From assembly GCA_964252035.1 (NCBI GenBank), contig OZ176215.1: a stretch of DNA of 64,000 bases, one strand, 5' to 3'. Below, piece after piece: positions 13,140 to 26,034 of this stretch. The DNA comes from Podarcis erhardii. Its lineage: Eukaryota. The position numbers and the translations under genes are program-made. The notes under the pieces are model-generated. The model ran no database searches. It had not been told where the DNA came from and saw nothing but the letters and a program-made list of their open reading frames with translations. How positions within the stretch are numbered: position 1 is the stretch's first letter; each line of letters starts with the position of its first letter.

Positions 13140-13779
13140 TGTTCCATGACCGAGTTTGAGGCCTTGTACTCTAACTGTAGCCTTATGAGGTTTTGCCCTC
13201 GGGTGGGAAAAATATTGCGCCCGGGAAAGGGAGATGGGAGTCAACAGACACTCAAGGAATAGTTTCGGAGAAAAAGCTTTATTTCTACCATCCATGAACT
13301 GGTAGAAGGAGCAAGTGTGATAACTCACAAAAACATGCACAAGTTCACAGTCATTTGCACAGAATATATATTCCCCTTCCAGTTCCCTCCCCTTTCTCCT
13401 CCCTCAGGAGTCCTGCCCCATCAGTTCCTCTGAGCATGAACAGAAAGCTCCTATGTTGGGACTCTTTGGGGACTCTTGGCACCCTTCCCAGGAAAGGGGA
13501 ATGAGAGCAGTTCAGCATGTCCAAAGGTGTTACAACAGAATGAGATAAAAGTCAGTTCTCAGGCCTGCTCTGACAGAGTCTATTCATTAGCCTTTTTGAA
13601 GCTCTCTTGTACTGATAAAAGAATAACATTTTGCCTTGCAACAGCAGAGCAAATGAGCAGATGCTTAGCTGCTGAGAAAATGATTTTGAAAAGCTTTGAG
13701 AAGCTTTTGAGCCTGCTTTGCGGGGGGGGGGGACTTCGGGCCTAGGTGGGGGTCACCTGTCCTCACTTCCTTCATAACA
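13140..13779 (-). mobile_element. Putative LTR (orientation uncertain)
   Basis: TGT...ACA ends; on the minus strand a TATA-like element (~13365) precedes AATAAA (~13277) and a GT-rich tract; no TSD found. Confidence 0.45.
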
Positions 13780-16383
13780 ACATTGCAAGCCTACGTGGCA
13801 GTAGTTCTTGGTGACCAATTCTGACAGGGGGGAGAGAGAGAGAGAGAGAGACTATTGCACTATTATTAAATTTGTTAGTCGCTTTTCTCAAAGAATAACC
13901 CAAAGGGACTTCAAATAATTTATTAGGCAGGGTCTGAATCAGGTAAATTCGGTCTGGGTGTCCACAGACTCTTTGATTGGCTGAAGCCTCCAGTCAGTTG
14001 GGCTTTAACTGAGAGAGACCGTTGGGATTTTGACAGTTGATGAGTCGGTGGGAATAAAGTGGTTGAGGAGGGAAATGTGAGGGAATACAACCAGACAACG
14101 GCTGAGCGGGGTGGGGTGGATGGATTAATAATTGAAAATTAATAATATATTAGTGCTCAGTGTGTTGTTAATGCTTGGCTGGTAACAGTTTGTGGGAGTT
14201 ACTGGCTGGGTGGAGGTTTAGGGGATTTGGCCTGAGGTAAATGCCACTTAGGGGCAACAGTGGAGTCTATAGAAACTGTTGTCAAGCATCTCTAACACCC
14301 CAATGTAAATATAAGTATTCCCTTATGTATACAGTATCCCTTCACTAAGCCAACAATCTTAAAAGTTCATCCTGGCTCTAGGGTTGGCATCCATCTCATG
14401 CCCAAGCACCCACCTGAAGACCTTCTTCGCTCAACAAATCTAAACTGAGAGCTTTCCCAGTTTGCATTTGTACTGGAGTTGCTTTAAATATATTTTTATT
14501 GTTTTAATGACATCTTGTCTCCTTTGGGAGGAAAGATGGAATATAATAATCATAACAATAAAGACGCTCCTAAGAGGTTTTGAAAACATTCTGAGTAAAT
14601 TGGTGGCGGTAGAAGATTAAAAAGGAGGATAGACCAACTAAATTTGGGTTATACAATTGAGGTTGAGTGTTGGCATCCATCTCATGCCTAAGCAAACTAT
14701 CCGGAAACTTCTGAAGACCTCCTTCTTTCAGAAAACCTTTAAAATGAGATCTTCCCCAGTCTGCATCTGTCTCAGCCCCAGAAGATAAAATACAAGGACA
14801 TGCGTGCATTGTAGATGGTAGATTTTAAAAAGGCATTCCTCACTTTCAACTTGAAATGGTACAATGGTCTTTAGCACTGCCCTTTTTAAAATTATATTCC
14901 AGATGTGAGACTTCTTTGAAAGCTGCTTTGAACTGCTGAAGGAAGAGTGGGATCTAAGTATTATTTATTTAAAGGTGGTGCATATCCTACTGTGCTAATG
15001 AGATTTTAAAAATATATATAATAAATATATGAGTGCCATCACACAGCCCCCACTAGAACATCTGTAGCGCTGCATCACAATCCTAGATTTGCGTGAAGTC
15101 AGGGCAGGTTAGCAGAGGAAAAAATATGGCAGGTTGCACCAGAGCAGTGGTCACAGCATGGGAGGGAGAAGGGAGGGACAGAGAGGAAAAGTGGTTGAAA
15201 AAAATTAGAGTACAGTGACAAGAGAGTTGGGAAAGGCTCTGCTGTTCTAGCTTTTTTGGTGCTGGCTTCTCTGTTGTATCCATCTCTGCTGTTTACCGTA
15301 GTTCCTTGTGTATTTCACTCCCGGTACCATGTGTTGCTTTCAACATGAAGTCCCAGATTCAAAGTAGTAATTTTAAATAGATATCTTAACAAGTAAACAC
15401 CCGTCTATGTGCAACATCCACCAGCTGCACTTAGCCTGTTCAGTTAGAGATTAACTGACAGGCTTCCTCTTAATATTCCATTCATCTTAAAGAGACACTG
15501 ATGTTATTAGAATTTAAGGTCTAAAATATATAAATTAAATGTTCATAAATTTACAAGCCAAACACATAAGTATGTAAACCACGTGTCTGAAATAGTACAG
15601 GAGAACAATCCTGAAACCATTTTGACTCTTCCAAATTGACTTCAAATGTTTCTCTGCAAGGAGGAAGGAAATGGGAAAGCCTCTCCATTGTCTTTTGCTT
15701 ACCTGTCTTTAGGGCATCTTTGCATATGAATAGGGTGAGCCTGTGACCTGGATTCAGGAATTAAAATATTTACCATCACAAAAGAATGGCCGGGCTGCCA
15801 AAGTAAGCAGTCACTGGCCATTGTCAGGTATCCTGGCACATAGGATTTCTGTTGTAGATGTATCCTTCTTCTGTGATGTATGTATGATGTTTTTGGGGGT
15901 GGTCTTGAGCTACAGGGTGGGCACTTTCAAAAGTCTATATAAGGGCTTGCACACCTTTGTTCTGGGTTCTTTTTCATTATTCAGAATTTCAAAGCAAGGA
16001 ATCTTAACTCTTGGACATTATTTCACCCCTTTCTTACAAGTGAAATTAAGACATTGTGTGATAATTTAATTAAAATTTAATAAGACTATGAAGGGAGGTG
16101 TTTTGTTGTTGCTAAAATTGATTTTGCAAGCAACCCATTATCCTTTATAAGGATATTATAGGATTATAGCGTGATGCTTATTTTACATGATGACTAACAA
16201 AACAGACTTTTTAAATTCTATAGCAAAACATTTTGGCTTCCACCTTTTTAAGCTGCTCATTTATTCTTTCATTTATATATAAACCTACCAGTACTTGGGG
16301 ATAATACACTCTTAGAATAAAGGGATAGGTAATTGTGTGTGTGGTATATAATTTCAAGATGTTGACTGCCTGTTGGGAGGGTG

Positions 16384-16399
16384 CAGCACCCCCTGGCGG
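16384..16399 (-). promoter_or_regulatory. CTCF motif, reverse orientation
   Basis: Reverse complement CCGCCAGGGGGTGCTG vs consensus CCASYAGRKGGCRSY; isolated GC patch in AT-rich intergenic DNA. Confidence 0.65.
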
Positions 16400-17313
16400 G
16401 CAAACAACAAACAGGCGATTGTTTCTTCTTTATCACAGCCACGCAAATATAACATTAGGATCCACTTTGGTCAGATTCAGATCTCATCATAATCTTCAGT
16501 GTTTTTGAACAGTATTTCCTCTGGATATAAGAAAAAGAGACTGAATTATATCAGCTTTATTCAATTATTTACCATATGTATGTTCTGGCCTTCACTCAAA
16601 GGTCTCAGAATAAAAATACATAAAAAATACATAAAATTAAAACCAAATGTTCAGAAATTGTATTTGACCTTAGTCAAGCCCAGACTCTGCAGGCAGCTGC
16701 TGGGTTGAAAATGACCCCCCTGGGCCCACTAACCCCGGGCATCACTGTTATCAGATTAGCAGGTGCCCTCCAGCAATGGCTGCTGGCCTCTACCATTTGC
16801 AGCCAGCAAGATGCAGTGCCTGACCGTGATGTTGAGACTGCATTTTGGGAAAGAAAATGTGGCAGCACCTTCACCCCAGCACCTACTTTTCCATCCAGCG
16901 TTTGTTTGATTGGTGGTGGTGGGAGCAACTGCGTGATAGGGTTGGGGGCCCAAAGCACCACTTTGCCAAGGGTCTGTTTAAGCCTGATGCCAACCTGGAC
17001 TTAGCAAGGGGCCAGGAGTGTCACTGGCCATATGGCATCAATAAATGAGCCTTTAAGGTTTGGGTTTTACACTGGGGGGTGGTGAATACAGATTCCACAC
17101 CTGAGGTTGGCTGTGGAGGCTTCCTCAGAGAAACAGCTCTGTGACAGGGTTGGGATTTGAGGACCCTGTGACTTGGGAGGTCCGCCTCAGGCAGATAGAC
17201 TATCTCACTCTATATGTCTTGTCTGGATCTCAAATAAAAAGATGGCAGGATAATTCTACTGGTCTCTGTAGCTCAGTAGGTGGTGCAGACAGGCCTCATG
17301 TGAATCATTAAAT

Positions 17314-17504
17314 CAGAGCTATCCAAACTTTTCATGTTGGTGACACACTTTTTAGATATGCGTCATTTCATGACACAGTAATTCAGATTTACTAGCAAAC
17401 TGGAGGTTAAACTAACCCATTTCCAGCCCCAGGACGAGCAAGCGAGCGTTTGTATGACACGCCGACACACTAATTTCTTGCAGCATACACCTTGGAAAGC
17501 TCTC
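17314..17504. mobile_element. hAT MITE, 191 bp
   Basis: TIR-like CAGAGCTATCCAAACT / CCTTGGAAAGCTCTC; perfect 8-bp TSD CATTAAAT (17306-17313, 17505-17512). Confidence 0.85.
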
Positions 17505-18590
17505 CATTAAATGAAGTCTGGCCTCAGTATCACATTTGAGCAACTGGCCAAGAGAGAGCCAAGGCAACATGGGTGACCCCTGTCCTTTCACGCCAAGTTT
17601 TGAGTAGCAGTAGAAGAAATCCTACTTACATTTTGAAGTTTCTTCTACTTACATTTTCTTTCTACTTACATTTTGAAGTTAACATTTTGAAGTTTCTCTG
17701 TAGAAAGGTAATTTAAAACACACAACCAGCACCTATGTTTTCTACCTCCCTAAAACCCACCTAAGCTACTCCAACCCTTACCCCTAAATATCAGTCTAAA
17801 AATATACAAAGCTATGGAAAGCATTATATAAAAATATCAATGAAAATGTGTAAGTACCAAAACAAAATATAAATCCTCTTATCCTCTCTCACACACCCAC
17901 AGACACACTCTCACACTGCTCCTACCACTCCTGACTCCTGGACTGGACACCTCTGGTTTGTGATTTGGTTTGTGACTTTTAAGCCAGAATTCAAAGAGAT
18001 GTCACAAAGGAGGGCAGGTCACTGTTACCTTGACAACCCAACTGCTCCTCAGTCTTGATGCTTCTTCAGAACTTTGAGGCACCTGATAGTCTGTCTGAAA
18101 CACCTTGTTGAAACATCTCTATTCATATTCATATCTCCATTTCAGATAATCCTGATTTCTGAGAGAAGTTACCACCCCAATCTCCTTTTAAATACAATTT
18201 GAAACGCACATCTCCCAGGTTCAGGGATGTTGATAACACAGCATTAGGCAATCTGTTTTACAAGCAGGAGGTCCCAGTTCACTCCCCAGCATCTCTAGGT
18301 AGGAATAGGTATCTTCTCTGTCTGAAACCCTGCAGAACTGCTGCTGATACCAGTGTTGATAATAGTGGGGTAGATAATAGTGGTTTGCTATGATATAAGG
18401 CCAGCTTCCTATCTAGATTCCTATGTTGTCTTTTAACTTGAGAGCCAGCAACCTTTCCCACAAGACACAATGATTCATTTCTTTCACAAACAATATAACA
18501 TCCTTTTCACATGTACTACTGGCAAGCCAGGTGTCTACTATCTTACTGTATATCTGTGCAGCTGGTTATTCCTGCCTAAGTGTAGAACCT

Positions 18591-18848
18591 TGCTATGCAC
18601 TGAAGTTCTCACCCTGGGCCAGCAGGGGGATACTGTAGATAGTTTTCTCTCAGGTCCACATATGCAAATAAGGAATTGAAAGTGATGTTCAGTGATTGGT
18701 GAGTTACAGAAAGTGGTTGCTTTGTAGTTGAGCTCTATATAAGCAGGTTGGTTGAACCCTTCAGCTCAGTTCTGTTCTGGCCTATGAATAAACAAGAGCT
18801 GTTTGAAGAATCACTGTGTCGTCTGATATGTTCACCCACAACTTAACA
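18591..18848 (+). mobile_element. Solo LTR, 258 bp
   Basis: TG...CA ends; 5-bp TSD AACCT on both sides; ATGCAAAT 18662, ATTGG 18695, TATATAA 18736, AATAAA 18787 in LTR order. Confidence 0.88.
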
Positions 18849-19232
18849 AACCTTACATTTGTCCCCACTGAAATTCATTTTGATAGCTTGGGCCCAGGTC
18901 TCCAATCTAAGGTCATCTTGAATCCCGATTCTGCCTTCAGCCGCATTAGGTACCCCTTTTTTTGTGTGTGCTTACATGCTTTTCCAGAATTCTCGTTTGT
19001 TTCATTTGGAATTGCATAGCTGCTTCCAGAACATGTCCGTACCAACAAAGCTGAGATGTTGGTGGTAGCTATATGTTTCTCAAACAACCTACTTATGAAC
19101 AATGTTAAAACTAACTTAAAGAACACTCATATCATCTAGCCAGTTGGGCACAGAAAATCCAGTTTCTGAATTACTCATTCTCATTATATATCATTAAAAC
19201 ATTATCCTTTAGACACCTATGCATAGGCTAGC

Positions 19233-19555
19233 CAGGGGTCAGCAAACTTTTTCAGCAGGGGGCCAGTCCACTGTCCCTCACATATTGTGGGGGGCCGGAC
19301 TATATTTTGAAGGGGAAAAAAAGAACAAATTCCTATGCCCCACAAATAACCCAGAGATGCATTTTAAATAAAAGCACACATTCTACTCTTGTGAAAACAC
19401 CAGGCAGGCCCCACAAATAAACCAGAGATGCATTTTAAATAAAAGGACACATTCTACTCATGTAAAAACATGCTGATTCCTGGACCGTCCACAGGCCAGA
19501 TTTAGAAGGCGATTGGGCCGGATCCGGCCCCCAGGCCTTAGTTTGCCTTCCCATG
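19233..19555. mobile_element. hAT MITE, same family as 8559-8895, opposite orientation
   Basis: CAGGGGTCAGCAAACT...AGTTTGCCTTCCCATG; internal duplicated CCCCACAAATAA-CCAGAGATGCATTTTAAATAAAAG block. Confidence 0.8.
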
Positions 19556-20244
19556 GGATAGACCCAAATGAAATCAGTTGGGCTCTGCAATTTGGAAGTG
19601 ATACACTGCCCTACATCAAGGAAAGGATATTATTTACAATGTTATAAACAAGCCTACAAGACTGGAGTCCTTCATACCACAAAAAACACACACAAAAAAA
19701 ACCATATTGAACGTGACAAAAGCACTTGGTGACAGGCAGTGGGACAAATTGCCAAGGGCACTTCTGGATAGCAACTCTGCAGAGATTCAAAGCAGAGCTC
19801 TCTCTCTTGACACCCATCTATCAGTGATATTTAAGGATAATTAAATCAGTTCTACCCCAATGCACAAGCTAGATGAGTCACAGATGATCCCTCCCAACTG
19901 AAAGGGTTCTAGTGGATGAAAATAAGCTGTTATAACTAGGAGAGTAGACTGCAGATGCAGCAGAGTCAATATACAGCATGTAACTAGACAACAGCAATTA
20001 TTGCAAAAAATCAAAAGGGCAGTGCAGCCAATATCTGAATTATTTTACATGTACTGGAGCAGAGATTGTTTGTCTACCAACACCCCCATTTTTTTATTTT
20101 GATAACTGCATGCCTATATTTGTTATATTTTCCAGTTCCAGAAATGTATGAGTAGACATTCTTAGTACTGCGTTTGGAAGGTCAAATAATTTCAACTCTG
20201 CACTCCCAGAAAGAGAGTCTGCTGCACTTTTGTCCAGGTGAGCG

Positions 20245-20830
20245 TTGCAGCGCGAACTACATCTCCCAGACACGTTTGCGCAGGCAAGGGGCGAGCCCAG
20301 GTCACGCGGTGTGAAAGCCGACTCGAGGCGGGGCGTGCGCGAGAGGGAGGCTGACGTAGCATGCGAACGGCCTAAAACTCCCTTTCCCACAATGCCTCGC
20401 GGGGCCAGGAGGGCGACGGGTGGGGCTGCGGGAGCAAAAGCGCCTCGAAAACTCCTCTGGAGAGCGGGGGGGGGAAAGACTACATCTCCCGGCGTGCTCT
20501 ACGCGCGGGCGCCTGCGCGGTGAGAAGTCGCACCTGAGGGAAAGAGGGGAGGAGGGAGCGGCCGCCATCTTGCGTGAGGGAGAGACCGGACCAGCTTAGC
20601 CAGGAAGGAAGGAAGGAGGGAGGGAAGCAGCTAGTCAGCCGCCGACCCACCACCGCGGAGGAGCCGCCATGAACCCCGAGTAGTGAGTGTTTCTCTGCTG
20701 GGCCTGGCCGGAGGGAGGGGGCGGACTGGCTTCTACTTTGGGGAAGGGGAGGGGCTGAAGTTCCGGGCTCTCTTCTTCCTTCCCCCCCCATATGAGGCCT
20801 AGATAGACTCCCTCCCCCGGTTCTCCTAAG
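20245..20830 (+). promoter_or_regulatory. RAB1B CpG-island promoter
   Basis: CpG-dense; ZNF143-type ACTACATCTCCCAG (20256), TTCCCACAATGCCT (20384) and ACTACATCTCCCGG (20479); CRE-like TGACGT (20352); YY1 GCCGCCATCTTG (20561-20572). Confidence 0.85.
20669..20682 (+). CDS. RAB1B: RAB1B exon 1 coding part
   Basis: gccgccATG AAC CCC GAG TA|gtgagt (MNPEY), strong Kozak. Confidence 0.95.
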
Positions 20831-21606
20831 GGCGCCGGTGACAGTCGGTGTCGAGTGGGGGAGAAGAGGCTGAATATATATACATATAATATATACATAT
20901 ATATATATACACACATACGCATGCACATACACCTCAGCCCATTCCTTATAGGTGTGGGGAGTAGTATACATATAACTGGTTGGAGGGAACGGCTGAAACT
21001 GGACTCTTGTGCCAGCCCCTTCCTCTCCCATGAACTGTTTAGCTCCGTTGCGCTATGGTGCCTCCTCCATGGTGGCTTTTTATGTCTGTCCCCAACTTCC
21101 CACTATGTGTCTCCTGCTAGTCTTCTTCACCCCACATTGGTCTTGTGCCATTCTTCCTCCTGACCCCAAATTGCCCACTTGCCTTGTCTCTCTTTCCCTA
21201 ACTTTCTGCTGTGTTTTCCCGCAACCACTCCTCTGCTTCCGCCCTCCCCTTGCAACTACTAGCCTCTTGTGCTATTATTCCCACCCCCAATGTTCATGAT
21301 TTCCCCCTTTCCATTTCTTTTTTACACACCTGCATACCACTCTGTTTTGCTTATAATGCATTTAGTTCACTTATTTCATGAAATATCTAAAACAGTGCGT
21401 GCAGTTAAGAAAAGAGAGATTTAGCCTGTTTTTAAGGACCGAGTCTTCACAGGGTATTTGAAAGCAGATAGTGTTTCCTTAAGATGTATGATAGACAAAC
21501 AGATGGTGGAAGAGGAAGACGAAAGGTCGATTCACTGATTAAGTGAGGCATACATAAATGTTATATACAGGTGTACGTGTGTGTGTGTGTGTGTGTGTGT
21601 GTAAAG

Positions 21607-21735
21607 CAGGGATGGAGAATCTGGCCCTCCAGATTTTGCTGGACTACAACTCCCATCACCCCTGGCCATTGACGATGCAGGCTGCTGGGAGTTGGAGTCT
21701 ATTGACATCTGGAGGGCTGTAGGATCCCTACCCCA
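21607..21735. mobile_element. Palindromic hAT-type MITE (GACTACAACTCCCA family)
   Basis: CAGGGATGGAGAA...GGCCCTCCAGA...GACTACAACTCCCA...TGGGAGTTGGAGTC...TCTGGAGGGC; follows a (GT)n tract. Confidence 0.7.
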
Positions 21736-22744
21736 TATAAAGTTAAGCTACTGTGTATGTCCTCATTAACTAAGAAGAGTCTGTTCTTATACACCCCTGC
21801 AAAGGAAAAAAAATCTGTAATCCTATTCACCCTTACTTGAGAGTTGACTGTTTTACTCAGTGACACTTGCTTCCAAGTAAAGAAGCATAGAATCAGGATG
21901 TAAATTCCTGTGTCTATCTCACTTTCTGTTCAGTGGAATAGTCTTCAAGTTCATATAAACATCTTCCAACTCCATCATGTGCTCCCACTATATTGTCGTG
22001 TGTTTTTTACTTTGTACAGGAAAGTATCCACCCATCAGGTGAGTAGTTGTTTACAAATCTGCTGTTAGATCCTCCTATATTATATACCTGCCCACTTAAG
22101 TGACCACTTGCCACATTATGTGGTTTCTGACCTAGGAAGTCTTATGCCACAGTGAACAATTAAGGTCTTTAAGGTGCTGCAAGATGCTTTGTGTTTGCTG
22201 GAGTTTGTCTTCTGTAGAAGCTATTTAGGTGGCCTGGCCTAACTTCTGTAGTTGACACTGTTCATCTGACCACATTCATTGAGGCCTTGCGAGGTTATCC
22301 CAAAGTTGTTTCTGGTAACTTTTCCTGCTGTGTAAATAGTCCTACAGCCGTGGTAGAAAAGAGCGGGGGGCTTTTACAAGTAAAGTTCATGAGCAAGCAA
22401 GCAAGCAGGGATTCGGGCATTAACTCAAACTCCTGCTTCTTTCAAACTGTTAAGAACTTGAAACAAGTTTTGTTAAACTGAGGTAGTTTGTAAAAACAGT
22501 AATTTCAAACTGTGTACCAAGTAAGCACAGGTATCTAAGAGCATCTGTATTCCCATCTGCTCAGAATGGGAGATCTCCTTAACACACTACTTTGTGTGTG
22601 CAGAGGCACTGGCTTGAAAGCTATTCTTTTATGGGCTAGCACAATCACATTTCAAACCCTGTTTTAGCTGTCTGTTTTAGCTACACAGAGTAGACCCATT
22701 GGCATTACTGTATACGACCAACATTGGACCAAGGATGGACACAA

Positions 22745-22912
22745 GAACATACATAGAACATAAGAAGCTGCCTTATAAACTAGCTCAGATCATTTGTCCA
22801 CCCAGCTCAATTTTGTCCAGGCTGACTGGCAGCGGCTCTTCAGACTGAAGTCTTTCCCAGGCAGCCTAGGATCTTTTGCATGCAAAGCATGTACTTAACT
22901 ATTGAGCGACAT
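22745..22912 (-). mobile_element. tRNA-Ala-derived SINE (degenerate)
   Basis: Reverse complement of the SINE at 50888; TTTTGCATGCAAAGC head and GAAGCTGCCTTAT tail. Confidence 0.65.
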
Positions 22913-23827
22913 CCCTTTAAGACTCTGAGCAGAATATGCTGTTGTTTAATTCCCAGATGTCAAGTAGTTGGGCTTTTAGTCACTGAGTGTGAAGGGAAAG
23001 CATTATGCAGGTGCTCAAAGGCACACTTTCTTGGAGATACAGAGTTCTGGCCATTGTATGTAGCACGGGAGACTCATGAATCTCAAAATGGGCTCATGAA
23101 ATCTTGGGGCCCAGCAATAGTGGGCCTGAGGCCACTATAGTTTTGGGACCTTTGGTCCTTTCTGCTGCATCTCTGGCTAGTTCTGACTTGTAAAAAATTA
23201 CTTGCCTGATGTTCTGTAGAGAATAAATAATGCTTCCATGAGATCAACCAGGAGATCACTGGTTTTACATTCATTCCAGGGATGGGGAGCCTGTGGCCTA
23301 TCAGCCCCAAACAATGGTTAGGGTTGAAAAGAATTGTAGCTCAGCAACATCTGGAGTGCCACAGGTTCCCTGCATATGTTTTATTCTAAGCTCTTGGTTT
23401 TCCAGTGTGGGCAAGCAGGCTAGAACAGCCTTCTTTGGGCCAGTTTCTTCTGTGGACTTTGTTTGCAAAGGATTAACAGCTACCCATCAGGATGATCTGC
23501 TGCACCTTCTGGGAATGGCTACTCTGAGCCATCCCCAGAAACATTCACCCTCATTATCCAGGGTTGACTGTGGTTGCCATAGCCTCTGCAGAGGCTACTG
23601 TAGCTTGTCGGGTCAGCTTTGGTACCTTTGGTTTAAAAAACAGGAGTTTCTTCTCTATCAGCTCTTAGCTGGTCACGAATGCCATTACCATTGAGATGAT
23701 GTGTTAGCAAAGTTACAACTCGTAGTGGCTGCAGACTCAGTGGCCAGACTTTGTTTCATTGGCGCCAAGGACAGCAGTATCTTTTCTCAGTGCTGAGCCC
23801 AGGCTATATAGTTTACTGTGGTGGAGA

Positions 23828-24040
23828 GCTAACCTAGCATAGTGGCTAAGAAACTGAGCTATGGAAACAAGAAGTTCCCAATTCAAATCTTGCCTCTTCT
23901 GTTAACTCATTGGGGTTAAGCTAAGACAGTCTCAGCCTTCCAGCTGCAATGTGGGGAATCATAATCATATTGATCTACCTTACAGGACTGATGTATACAT
24001 TACTGATAAGATGTCTGTGTAGCACTTTCTACATGCTAAT
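23828..24040 (+). mobile_element. MIR/CORE-type SINE
   Basis: TAGCATAGTGGCTAAG head, TTCAAATC B-box, CORE-like CAGCTGCAATGTGGGGA...CTACCTTACAGG. Confidence 0.6.
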
Positions 24041-25416
24041 CATCACATTAAGTGCTTGGCTGCACAAATCCAGAAAGCATCAATTCTGCTGGTAAACCTG
24101 CATTACAACAGGAACCTCCTGTTTTTAGGGGTAAAGGTGGAACATGATGCTGCACTGGCAGAAATCTTGGGTTCTTCGACCCTTAGGTCTGTAAACATTT
24201 ATTGTGGATGGCACCTTAAGAACTATAGTGGTGGTTTTGGCTTTGTACAGACCTATTTCTTAAACAGGTAGAGGTTTCTAGCCTTGAAAGGATGTTGGTT
24301 ACGTCCTATAGAGGTCTGGTGTTCTGAAGCAAAGGGGTGTAGTTTTAAAATAAGGAGAAAAGAGAAATCGTCTTCGGTCTTGCAGGGGGAGATAAGTGTA
24401 TATAAAGTGTCAACAAGATGGTTGGATTGTCATAACTACTCTGAAAAACAGTCTTGAGGTCTCTTTTAAGTTCCAGGGTCTTCTTTCATGGGAAGTGTTC
24501 AAAGAAATGACCTGAAGATCATGTGCCATCCTTTCCTGGCAGAATGGATTTGCTGTCTGGCTGCCCTTAACTTTTTAGGACACCTTGGTCTTCACAGTTC
24601 AAGTTTGTTGACTGCCTCTTTAGCAGCTGCTGAGTCCCCTGCCCTGGTAGCTGTGAGTTGGCTGGGAAAAAACAGATGCGTTCTAGGTTGTGGTGCAATC
24701 TGGCAAATAGATCAGAAGCATGTGATCTGGGTCAGATGCTTTTAATCTGAATTTAGGTTCAACAGAATTGGGGCTACCTCTAGCTCAGGCTAAAACCTTT
24801 TGAAGTCTGTTTTGCAGCTGTTTGTCCCTTTGGGCCCAGGACTTGTATATATCTTGCCCTTCCTTTCTCAAACCTGCAGTGAGTGAGGAACAGCTGGGAA
24901 TTGGTGGCATTCCTAAGGTCACCTGAGTCCATGACTGAGGCTTGGGACTTTAGATTTTATTGGCATGCATTTGCTTTGTGAATGGCATTGCCTCCCCCAC
25001 CCCCCAAGATTAGGGATAGTCCCTTCCCTCTGTGCTTAATCAGGAAAAGTGCCAGCACACCATCTCGTGACTCGCCTGCTTCCTGTCACCTCTCCCGCAC
25101 ACTAGTCAAACACTCCAATTAAGAAACTTCCTTCCTTCTGACTGTTGGCTATACTTACAGTTTGGTACATGGGAGAGAACAGCCTGATAGTCAAGTGCCC
25201 TGTTGTGCTTTTGGAGTAGGGGGATCCTTGGCAGCAGTGCTGGTGGTGTGGCAAAGGGGTGGTGTTGTGAAACAGATTCCAGAAGGTTTCTGTGGTAGTC
25301 CCCTGAGCTGCAACTTCAGATGAGTTGGGGGATAATGGGAAGTGATTCTGGGGCTTTTCGGAACAGGAACGATGTAAGACAAAGGGCCTGAGTAAGACAG
25401 TGGAACTGTCTCCCTC

Positions 25417-25516
25417 TGTGGACTCTCCTTCATTGGAGGTTTTTAAGCAGAGGTTGCATGACCATCTGTCATGGATGCTAGATGTCCCGTTCCAACTCTA
25501 CAATTCTCTGATTCTA
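25417..25516 (+). mobile_element. CR1 LINE 3' end fragment
   Basis: GGACTCTCCTTCATTGGAGGTTTTTAAGCAGAGG...CCAACTCTACAATTCTCTGATTCTA, typical CR1 terminus. Confidence 0.75.
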
Positions 25517-26034
25517 AGGCCCAGCGACTCAGCTGGGAGCATGATGGTGCTTAGATATATTATGCACTCTTCATCAAAAAATCCCAGGGCAGGTCACAGC
25601 AATGTAAAATACAATATTGAAAACAGTTTAAAACAATTTACAAGCACAACAGGTGTGGGTCATAAAATATCTATATCTCAAATGCAAAAAGGCCAGGCAT
25701 CTTCAGCCCACAAATGAAAGATGTATAGTGATGGTGCTAGATATGTCTCTCTGTGGAGGGAGTTCCGCCGCTTAGGGGCTCCCAGGTCATCCCTATCCTG
25801 AGCTTCTGAGGGCAGAGGATCTACTCTTAATACCCCCTCTGCTGATCTTCACACCTGAGAAGGTCTGTATGGAAGGAAGCAATCTTTCATATATTTGGGG
25901 CCCAAGTTGGTTTAAACACTAGCGTGAGCACCTCCCAAAGATGGCCATTCTTAATTGTTATGGAGGCTTAACAGTATTGTTTTAGAAAAGGATGAAGATA
26001 AGGTGGTAGAAGTTGTGTTGTAAAACCTCTAGGC

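Noticed and set aside
13930-17146. Further LTR-like stretches (about 13930-14300, 15742-16100, 16672-17146) with TATA- or AATAAA-like motifs
   Set aside because: No matching TG...CA ends with a TSD could be established by eye; probably old repeats that need RepeatMasker/Dfam.
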